This document shows, in pieces, positions 9,073 to 16,093 of a DNA stretch of 64,000 nucleotides (the stretch's first letter is position 1; each line of letters begins with the position of its first letter). The notes beneath the pieces were generated by a model. That model saw only the letters and a program-made list of their open reading frames with translations, was not told the origin of the DNA and did no database searches. A program made the translations under genes and the position numbers. The stretch covers positions 2,784,001 through 2,848,000 of the forward strand of contig OY761614.1 of NCBI GenBank assembly GCA_963664825.1, read 5' to 3'. Source of the DNA: an uncultured Holophaga sp. Its GTDB lineage: Bacteria; Acidobacteriota; Holophagae; Holophagales; Holophagaceae.

Positions 9073-9369
9073 ATGAAGACCATCACCGCTTACCGCTGCG
9101 AACACTGTGCCCCTGGACACGGCAGGCCCTATGCCTCCGCAAGCTCCTGCAAGGCCCATGAGGCCCGGTGTCATGACAACCCGGCCTCCCACTCCTGCGC
9201 TACCTGCCGGTTTAAGGCACAGCGTGATGTCGGTGCCCCGGCCGCATTCCAAAAGGAATACCCGGGCGCGACGACGCTGGAATACTTCTGCCAGGCCAAG
9301 AAGCCCGGAAAGTGCCTCACCACGCTTTGCCCGTCCTGGAAGCTGCGAGTGGATGAGGTCTCGGAATGA
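9073..9369 (+). CDS. Small Cys/His-rich (zinc-finger-like) phage-type protein
   Basis: YRCEHC...SCKAHEARCHDNP...SCATC; GGAG RBS; ATGA overlap with the next gene. Confidence 0.65.
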   Translation: MKTITAYRCEHCAPGHGRPYASASSCKAHEARCHDNPASHSCATCRFKAQRDVGAPAAFQKEYPGATTLEYFCQAKKPGKCLTTLCPSWKLRVDEVSE

Positions 9370-10310
9370 GGGACCTTCCAATCAGTTCAATCCGCATGGA
9401 TGGAGGCACTCAAACCCGCGCCGCCTTGGATTCAACGACCTGTGCTGAATACGCCGATGCGATGAAGGCCGGGGCCATCTTCCCGCCCGTCACCGTGTTC
9501 CATGACGGCACCGATTACTGGCTTGCCGACGGCTTCCATCGTGTGGAAGGGGCCCGCCTAGCAGGGCTCCAGGACATCCCCGCCGAGATCCGGCAGGGAA
9601 CCCAGCGCGATGCCCGTCTCTTCGCCGTGGGGGCCAATCAGACCCATGGCTTGCGCCGGACCAATGCCGACAAGCGCCGCGCCGCCTCCGCCCTCCTCGA
9701 TGACCCCGAGTGGAGCCAATGGTCAGACCGGGAGATTGCCCGCCGATGCGGAGTCTCCAATCAATTTGTCTCAAACATGCGATCCGAGCGGGTGTCAACC
9801 GTTGACACCCCGAGGGTGTCATCCAATGACACTCCCGAGGTGGCCACGGTTGAAGCCTGGATCCCTGCCCCCAACTTTGGGGCGCATGGAAAGTGCGCGG
9901 TGGATGGGGTGCGATGGGACGCCTTCATCATGCCCTCAGAATCTTTCGAGTCATCGTCCCGTAGGAATGTGGATGGAAACGACTACCTGTATGTCGTGGT
10001 GACGAAGATTGCCCCCAGCGGAGCAGGTGAAGTCATGGGCACGAAGAGGCCGATCCATAGGAACTTCGTCACTCGAGGGCTTAAAGAAGAGTCCTTCCCC
10101 CTCGCGGAGGCTGCATGGGATCAATTCCCCGTGTCCGACGAACCCGATGGTGAGGAATTGACCTTCGAGAAGCGCTGGTCATGGCCTCACCTGGTTTTTG
10201 AAACCCATCGGGATTGGATGGATCAAGAGCGTTGGTGGACGCTACCCCATGACGACCCGGCCTATCTGGACGCAATCAAGGCTCGAACGCTTTCAGGAGC
10301 GCCGGAATGA
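9366..10310 (+). CDS. ParB/Srx N-terminal domain + HTH protein (phage-type ParB-like)
   Basis: GGTQTRA, FPPVTVF, WLADGFHR and ANQTHGLRRT motifs; HTH SDREIARRCGVSNQFVSNMR. Confidence 0.85.
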   Translation: MRDLPISSIRMDGGTQTRAALDSTTCAEYADAMKAGAIFPPVTVFHDGTDYWLADGFHRVEGARLAGLQDIPAEIRQGTQRDARLFAVGANQTHGLRRTNADKRRAASALLDDPEWSQWSDREIARRCGVSNQFVSNMRSERVSTVDTPRVSSNDTPEVATVEAWIPAPNFGAHGKCAVDGVRWDAFIMPSESFESSSRRNVDGNDYLYVVVTKIAPSGAGEVMGTKRPIHRNFVTRGLKEESFPLAEAAWDQFPVSDEPDGEELTFEKRWSWPHLVFETHRDWMDQERWWTLPHDDPAYLDAIKARTLSGAPE

Positions 10311-10519
10311 GCGGATCCAGACTTCTTCTTCAGCCCGCCGTCTGGCCACACCTCGCGCTCAATCCCGAGCCCTTCGGCACCTCCATGGACCCGGATTCCA
10401 TCGAACGCTGGTATCAGGAGATCCTGCACATGGAGCCCGAACCCGCCCCCTGTCACCTCCCGAAGCCGCAACCCGTTCGCCGCTCGGGAGGTGGCCACTA
10501 CTTTCAGCGGAGGCGGTGA
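10307..10519 (+). CDS. Small hypothetical protein
   Basis: Overlaps both neighbours (ATGA and TGATG), consistent with translational coupling. Confidence 0.5.
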   Translation: MSGSRLLLQPAVWPHLALNPEPFGTSMDPDSIERWYQEILHMEPEPAPCHLPKPQPVRRSGGGHYFQRRR

Positions 10520-11598
10520 TGGCGAGACGACCTAGCTTCCAGTTTTACCCTGGCGATTACGCAGCCAATACCAACTTGCGCCGCTGCACCCATGAGGAGA
10601 AGGGGGTCAACATGGACTTCCTTTGTCTCGCACATGACAGCGATGAATACGGGATTGTGCGCTGGCCCTTGAAGGAACTGGCCCAGGCCATCGGCTGCAA
10701 GGCATCAATCCTTGTCGCTCTCGTGAACAAGAACGTCATCAAGGGAGCCGACGAAGGGACGATGTGTGATGTCTTCGTGTTCACCCCTTGCCATGCGGGG
10801 CAGCGTGGGCTTCCTGTGGAGCTGATACCAGAGCAGCCGGGACCACTCTGGTATTCCAGTCGCATGGTGCGAGACGAATACGTGAGGCAGAACCGAGGGA
10901 AGGCCAGCCGGTTTATCAGTGAAGGTGGACAACCCCCCGATGACTCACCCAACCCGTCACCAATGCCCCCACCAATGCCCCCCTTTGGAGACGGCTCTTC
11001 ATCTTCATCTTCATCTTCATCTTCATCTTTTAATCCTTTGCTTCGCTCGGATTCTGCCCCCAGCCAGGGAGGGGAAAATCATGGGTCGAACCCCGATCCC
11101 GTGCTCCTGGCTCTTCTCTGGTTTGCGAAGGTGGCAGACGCCCGCCGTCAAGTTGAGAGCCTGGACCGTTCCAAAGTGGTCCAGGCCGCATTCGCCCTTG
11201 CGGATCGCGGGGATGAGGTATGGCCTGAAGTGTTCTTGAACTCAGTCACAGTGACACTTCCCGGTAATACCGCCGTTGAAATTACAGCGCGCTACCAGAA
11301 GGCCGTAGCCGGTGAACAGGTCGCCATTCTCGAACAGGCTGAAGATGCCCTTGCGGAAGTGAAGACCATCATTGGTTGTGCCGAACTCTCGTTATCGGTT
11401 GCGTTCAATCGGGTGGGACTCGGAAGCGACTGGAAGCAGGTTCGAACCGCCGACATCGTGAAGGCTTGGCCCCAGGCCACGAAGGCTTCGTTCATCGCCG
11501 CCAATGGCGAGGAAGCCTATACCGCGCTCTTGCAGGGCAGGCTTGGCCTTGAAGCCGCATTGGGCCTGTTCCGGCCCGGACTCGTGAAGGAGAACTAG
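10519..11598 (+). CDS. Phage-type replication initiator (DUF1376/YdaU-like N-terminus)
   Basis: MARRPSFQFYPGDY...LRRCTHEEKG...SDEYG, WYSSRMVRDE, then a Pro-rich/poly-Ser linker; GGAGG RBS. Confidence 0.75.
   Translation: MARRPSFQFYPGDYAANTNLRRCTHEEKGVNMDFLCLAHDSDEYGIVRWPLKELAQAIGCKASILVALVNKNVIKGADEGTMCDVFVFTPCHAGQRGLPVELIPEQPGPLWYSSRMVRDEYVRQNRGKASRFISEGGQPPDDSPNPSPMPPPMPPFGDGSSSSSSSSSSSFNPLLRSDSAPSQGGENHGSNPDPVLLALLWFAKVADARRQVESLDRSKVVQAAFALADRGDEVWPEVFLNSVTVTLPGNTAVEITARYQKAVAGEQVAILEQAEDALAEVKTIIGCAELSLSVAFNRVGLGSDWKQVRTADIVKAWPQATKASFIAANGEEAYTALLQGRLGLEAALGLFRPGLVKEN
10945..11029 (+). repeat. Iteron-like 12-nt repeats plus a (TCTTCA)5 tract inside the replication gene (candidate origin)
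   Basis: TCACCCAACCCG/TCACCAATGCCC/CCACCAATGCCC, then TCTTCA x5 at 10996-11025. Confidence 0.5.
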
Positions 11599-11600
11599 CC

Positions 11601-11894
11601 ATGGCCATTGACTGGGAAAATGCCAAGACAGTCTACCGGAAAGACACCGGTGAAGCGTGTTCCTTGCCTGAGAGTGAATTCAATAAGCTTCGGGATATGC
11701 CTTGGCTGTACTCGAACGGCCTGCTTTCAATCCATCCGGTGAAAAATCCGCCGAAGAAGGCCCCTCATAGCTGGATTCCGAAATTGGATGACTCGCCCAA
11801 GGCCCCACAGGTCAAAACGGAACCCGAGAACCCGCTCGACCCCCCGCCCATGGACCCGAAGCCAGGTGCCGACTGGAAAGACTTGGTGGGCTGA
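11601..11894 (+). CDS. Hypothetical protein
   Basis: AAGGAG upstream; starts 2 nt after the replication gene stop. Confidence 0.55.
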   Translation: MAIDWENAKTVYRKDTGEACSLPESEFNKLRDMPWLYSNGLLSIHPVKNPPKKAPHSWIPKLDDSPKAPQVKTEPENPLDPPPMDPKPGADWKDLVG

Positions 11895-11899
11895 TTCGC

Positions 11900-12148
11900 A
11901 TGAGCCGCCGCGCCTGGGCCTTCGCATCCACCACACCGCCGCCCCGCTTCGTCCTGGTGCCCTCGTTTAATGACGGGACACCAGAGGCACAGGCAGAACT
12001 TAGCGCCTTCCTGGAGGCTCACCAGGGAGCCCAGGTGCTGGTTTGCCGAAGGGTGGACGGGCGCATCAATCGAGAAAAGAGGAACCCATGGCGTCACTGC
12101 CCGGAGGGATACGGGTTTAGGGCTTGCATCATGTGTGACAATCTCTGA
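11900..12148 (+). CDS. Hypothetical protein
   Basis: In-operon position; C-terminal Cys pattern; no recognised family. Confidence 0.4.
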   Translation: MSRRAWAFASTTPPPRFVLVPSFNDGTPEAQAELSAFLEAHQGAQVLVCRRVDGRINREKRNPWRHCPEGYGFRACIMCDNL

Positions 12149-12185
12149 TAGCCAACCTGCCTAACATGGATCTGGAGGAGCATCC

Positions 12186-12635
12186 GTGACCGCCCCCAAG
12201 TATCAAGTGCAAGACGTTGCTAAGTATTTCCTCGCTTTGGTTGATCGTGAGGTGGACGCAATCGACCACCTCAAGCTTCAGAAACTGTGCTATTACGCCC
12301 AAGGCTTTCACCTTGCCTTGACTGATGCTCCTCTTTTCCCAGAGGCCATCGAGGCTTGGCCTCATGGTCCCGTGTGCCCCGATCTCTATCATCAATTCAA
12401 AGAATATGGGCGGGGGCCAATCCCGGAGGATCCTGATTTTGACACGTCTCTCTTTGATGACACCGCTAAGTCAATCATCGAGGAGGTTTACGATGTGTAT
12501 GGGCAGTACACCGGGTGGAAGCTCCGGAACATCACCCACGCAGAGCCTACCTGGAAGTCTGCAATTGCTCGGGATAACAAAACAATTACCTTCGAAGAGA
12601 TGGCGACATTTTTTAAGACCCAAATTGAAGCGTAA
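12186..12635 (+). CDS. Panacea-domain antitoxin (SocA/DUF4065/GepA family)
   Basis: VAKYF...HLKLQKLCYYAQG...LFPEAIEAWPHGPV...L.N.TH.E.W signature; GGAGGAG RBS. Confidence 0.9.
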   Translation: MTAPKYQVQDVAKYFLALVDREVDAIDHLKLQKLCYYAQGFHLALTDAPLFPEAIEAWPHGPVCPDLYHQFKEYGRGPIPEDPDFDTSLFDDTAKSIIEEVYDVYGQYTGWKLRNITHAEPTWKSAIARDNKTITFEEMATFFKTQIEA

Positions 12636-13042
12636 TGAACCAAATTAAGCGCCCCAAATCCAACGACGGTCAACGGATCAAAAGCCCTACCATAGGAGTC
12701 TCATCGGACGATCAAAAGCCTGCGTTTTCTCTTGAGCACATGGTCTCGGGTCGGTGCCTCAGAGACTGTATAAAAGACGAAAAAGCCGCTTTTGCAATGG
12801 CCCTTCTGGAAAGAAGTTCAAGCACATGGAAGGAGTTGCGCATGGCACCCCGTCACGGGTTGGGGTACGAGCGCATTGAGAAAAATGCAATAAAGTGTGG
12901 GATCCCCTCGGTGGTCCCAGACGACACAGACCTCATCGCCTTTCGTTTTGCAGGGAACGCGCCGATGGTCGGCTATAGGAAAGAACGGACGTTTTTCATT
13001 CTATGGCTGGACCGTGACTTTACGCTCTACGACCACGAATAG
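12635..13042 (+). CDS. Putative cognate toxin (RelE-like / MAG6450-like nuclease)
   Basis: TAATG overlap with the antitoxin; C-terminal FRF.G...MVGYR...FFILWLDRDFTLYDH pattern. Confidence 0.65.
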   Translation: MNQIKRPKSNDGQRIKSPTIGVSSDDQKPAFSLEHMVSGRCLRDCIKDEKAAFAMALLERSSSTWKELRMAPRHGLGYERIEKNAIKCGIPSVVPDDTDLIAFRFAGNAPMVGYRKERTFFILWLDRDFTLYDHE

Positions 13043-13278
13043 GAAGTGATGGGGGCGGATGAAATTCCGGTCACCAATAGGCAGAGGCCCCCAGTGATGG
13101 GGGCTTTGTCGTGCTGGGAGTTCTCCCCAAATTCGGAAGAAACCTTGCCCCTGGAACTTCTGCTCATTTTTGAGAAAAAGCCCATGCGCGCGCGGGGACG
13201 GCAAAGGACGGATAATCCGGCCTTTGAACCCGCACCGCCGTGGTGTTCCCAAATGTGGGATATTCCCACATTTGATCC

Positions 13279-13758
13279 GTGAGCCCCCTCGCCTATGCGT
13301 TCTCCCGGCAGGCGGATCGTCGGAATACCACCGATGCCGACATCATGCGGGCGGTGGGGGTCATCGATAACCGGAAGAGCCGGACGGACAACCTGAAGCA
13401 CGGCCAAGAAACCCCCGATACGCCATGTGGCGTATCGGGAAACCCCGCACCACCATTGGATCTACAAAACCAGGCATCGGCCAAAAAACCCCGCTCCAGC
13501 TCCCAGACCGCCAAGATTATCGGGGTATCCGAGCGCAAGGTGGAGCGGGTTCGGACAATCGCGGATCGTGCGCTATTTGAAGCCCTTCGCCCGCGCGCGC
13601 GGGGATGGTCCGACCTGCATCGCGCCCCGCTACGGATCCTGGTTCCTTCGCCCGCGCGCGCGGGGATGGTCCGTCTGAGCCCACCCGGGAAGCAACCCCA
13701 GGACCCCTTCGCCCGCGCGCGCGGGGATGGTCCCCAGGAGTTCCATCATTTGAAATGA
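13279..13758 (+). CDS. Truncated ParB-like HTH protein whose 3' part runs through the CRISPR repeats
   Basis: YAFSRQADRRNTTDADIMRAV and HTH SQTAKIIGVSERKVERVRTI. Sequence after about 13583 is translated repeat/spacer. No clear RBS, so it may be a remnant. Confidence 0.5.
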   Translation: MSPLAYAFSRQADRRNTTDADIMRAVGVIDNRKSRTDNLKHGQETPDTPCGVSGNPAPPLDLQNQASAKKPRSSSQTAKIIGVSERKVERVRTIADRALFEALRPRARGWSDLHRAPLRILVPSPARAGMVRLSPPGKQPQDPFARARGDGPQEFHHLK

Positions 13759-13856
13759 CGGAACCCCTCCTCTCCCCTCGCCCGCGGGGATAGGGGGATA
13801 ACATCCGTAGTTTGGATGTCATCGGTAGGCCTCTCTCCGCGCGCGGGGATGCTGGG
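13584..13856 (+). CRISPR. Cas-less type I-E-like CRISPR mini-array: 3 conserved + 2 degenerate repeats, 4 spacers
   Basis: CCTTCGCCCGCGCGCGCGGGGATGGTCC(G/C) at 13584-13612, 13645-13673 and 13706-13734 (61-nt period, 32-nt unique spacers); degenerate copies at 13769-13797 (20/29) and 13830-13856. Confidence 0.9.
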
Positions 13857-13925
13857 TGCTCACCGAATCCGGGGACCTCAAAACCAGCCTGCCTGAAAGT
13901 GGAATGGAAGTGGAACCAAAACAAA

Positions 13926-13948
13926 ACAGCCACCCGGGCGGTGGCTGT
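13926..13948 (-). terminator. Element-supplied terminator downstream of the intact tRNA-Thr
   Basis: ACAGCCACC/GGTGGCTGT stem followed on the minus strand by TTTGTTTT. Confidence 0.65.
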
Positions 13949-13962
13949 AAGTGTTGTAATGA

Positions 13963-14038
13963 TGGAGCCAACTATAGGATTCGAACCTACGACCTGCTGA
14001 TTACGAATCAGCTGCTCTACCAACTGAGCTAAGTTGGC
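13963..14038 (-). tRNA. tRNA-Thr (CGT)
   Basis: 76-nt cloverleaf GCCAACTTAGCTCAGTTGGTAGAGCAGCTGATTCGTAATCAGCAGGTCGTAGGTTCGAATCCTATAGTTGGCTCCA; encoded CCA. Confidence 0.97.
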
Positions 14039-14225
14039 CCGGACGAGCCAGTGTGCCAGAAGAGTCACCCGGGCTCAAGGGGTGAGTGATCGGGGCCTCG
14101 AAGGGGGCTCGAGAGGAATGCGCTCTCAGAGAGGGCTCCTTGTGACCTCTCGTCACGAAGTCTATACGTGCCTGTCACGAGGTGGTGCTAGGCTTCGTCC
14201 CATCACCACTTCAATGGGGAGTCCC

Positions 14226-15554
14226 ATGGTCGCATCCGCCAAGAAGGTCTTCGTCCTGGACACCAATGTCCTGCTTCATGATCCCCAGGCGATCTTTCAC
14301 TTCCAGGAGCACGACATCGTGATCCCCATCGTCGTGATCGAGGAAATCGATACCTTCAAGAAGGACCAGACCGAGATCGGACGGAACGCCCGCTCCGTTT
14401 CCCGGCAGTTGGACAAACTGAGGGCCCTCGGCACCCTCAGTCAGGGTGTGACCCTGGAAGGGGGTGGGATCCTGAAGGTGGATGTAACGCCCTATCGCCA
14501 GGATCTGGGTTTCTCCACCCTGGACAAGCACAAGGCGGATAACCAGATCTTGGCCTGCGCCATGGCCCTGCTCAAGGAACGCAAGGAGAAGGTGATACTG
14601 GTCAGCAAGGATACGAACGTGCGCATCAAGGCCGATGCTGCGGGGCTGTTGGCCGATGACTACAACACGGACCGGGTGGAGATGGACGGGCTCTATACGG
14701 GCACGGCCCAGTGGGATGTGGAAGGGGTTCAGATCGATCTCGTCTATGAAGGTGGTTTGGTGCCCGATGAGGCACACCCCCTCCATCCCAATCAGTTCGT
14801 CACGCTGGTGGATCGCGCCAATGACAGCCATACGGCCGTGGGGCGCTTCTACGCCGCCGATAACCGCATCCATCCCCTCAAGCGCACGGAACAGCCGCCC
14901 TGGGGCATCAAGGCCCGGAATCGGGAGCAGCAGTTCGCCCTGGAACTCCTCCTGGATGATTCGATCCAGGTCGTCACCCTGCTGGGCAAGGCAGGCACCG
15001 GCAAGACTCTGCTCGCCATCGCCGCGGGCCTGCAACAAGTGGTGGACGACGAACGCTACAACAAGCTCCTGGTGAGCCGTCCCGTGATGCCCATGGGCCG
15101 CGACCTGGGCTTCCTCCCCGGGGATATTGAGGAGAAGCTCCGGCCCTACATGCAGCCCATCTACGACAACCTGGATTTCATCGTGTCGGCCAATACCGAG
15201 ATGAGGCGGCGTTCCACCATGACCGTGGGCCAGCTGGAGGAAGGCGGCTATCTCAGCGTCGAGCCCCTGACCTATATCCGCGGCCGCAGCATCCCGAATC
15301 AGTATCTCATCGTAGACGAGGCCCAGAACCTGACGCCCCATGAGATCAAGACCATCCTCACCCGGGCCGGGGAGGGCACGAAGATCGTGCTCACCGGTGA
15401 CCCTCACCAGATCGACAACCCCTATGTGGATGCCAGCACCAACGGCCTCAGCTACCTAGCCGAGCACTTCAAACACCTAGCCCTCTCGGGCCATGTGACC
15501 CTGACCAAGGGCGAACGCTCCCCCATGGCCGAACTGGCCAGCAATCTCCTCTGA
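14226..15554 (+). CDS. PIN-PhoH (PhoH2/YlaK-type) protein
   Basis: FVLDTNVLLHDP PIN start, Walker A GKAGTGKT, IRGRSI and DEAQN motifs. Confidence 0.92.
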   Translation: MVASAKKVFVLDTNVLLHDPQAIFHFQEHDIVIPIVVIEEIDTFKKDQTEIGRNARSVSRQLDKLRALGTLSQGVTLEGGGILKVDVTPYRQDLGFSTLDKHKADNQILACAMALLKERKEKVILVSKDTNVRIKADAAGLLADDYNTDRVEMDGLYTGTAQWDVEGVQIDLVYEGGLVPDEAHPLHPNQFVTLVDRANDSHTAVGRFYAADNRIHPLKRTEQPPWGIKARNREQQFALELLLDDSIQVVTLLGKAGTGKTLLAIAAGLQQVVDDERYNKLLVSRPVMPMGRDLGFLPGDIEEKLRPYMQPIYDNLDFIVSANTEMRRRSTMTVGQLEEGGYLSVEPLTYIRGRSIPNQYLIVDEAQNLTPHEIKTILTRAGEGTKIVLTGDPHQIDNPYVDASTNGLSYLAEHFKHLALSGHVTLTKGERSPMAELASNLL

Positions 15555-15566
15555 GGGAAGGGTTTC

Positions 15567-16061
15567 ATGGGTGATGGCAGCTGGGATAACTCCGGGGTTC
15601 CCCTTTCCAAGAAGGGGATGCCCCTCTGGGGCAAGATCCTCACGGGCTGTGGGCTGGTCCTCCTGCTGCTCCTGGGGAGTTGCGTGGGACTGGCCTGTTG
15701 GGGCATTCACAGGGTTGGAAGCCTGGCCGACAAGACCTGGGGCGAGATGGACAGGTCTGTGCGCGGCCTGAAGACTCCGGAAGGCGCCCGGGACCTCTAC
15801 CGGGCCAATCCAGGCCTAGCCGAGAACTACCCGACCGAGGAGGATTTCCTCAAGGCTGCCGAAGGGTGGCGGTCCAATCTGGGGGAATTTCCCTCTCGGC
15901 GACCGAATCTCCGCGACCTGATGCAGGAGCAGAAGGTGGGGGGGCATTTCACGGTCAGCACCCAGAATCACACCACTCGGATCGAGTACCAGATTCCCAA
16001 GGGGGGGCGGCTCTACCTCCAAATGGAGTCGGAGCGACTGGTGGATCTTCGAGTGGAGTAG
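15567..16061 (+). CDS. Hypothetical membrane-anchored protein
   Basis: N-terminal hydrophobic helix ([16 protein letters not shown]). Confidence 0.6.
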   Translation: MGDGSWDNSGVPLSKKGMPLWGKILTGCGLVLLLLLGSCVGLACWGIHRVGSLADKTWGEMDRSVRGLKTPEGARDLYRANPGLAENYPTEEDFLKAAEGWRSNLGEFPSRRPNLRDLMQEQKVGGHFTVSTQNHTTRIEYQIPKGGRLYLQMESERLVDLRVE

Positions 16062-16093
16062 CAAGGCGGGCCATTTTCAGCGAAGATGCTCAC

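Larger units (their letters stand above)
6051..14011. mobile_element. About 7.9-kb integrative element (phage-satellite/PICI-like or IME) inserted at tRNA-Thr(CGT)
   Basis: Flanking 49-bp direct repeat; integrase next to one end; xis, ParB-like, replication and TA genes all on the + strand; no recognisable capsid, terminase, tail or conjugation genes. Confidence 0.9.

Noticed and set aside
13613..13705. Self-targeting by spacers 1 or 2 within the window
   Set aside because: I saw no match by eye; an exhaustive alignment could not be run, so this is unsupported rather than excluded.
13517..14068. Minus-strand 183-aa ORF and other short ORFs over the array and tRNA
   Set aside because: They are translations of the tRNA and CRISPR repeats.
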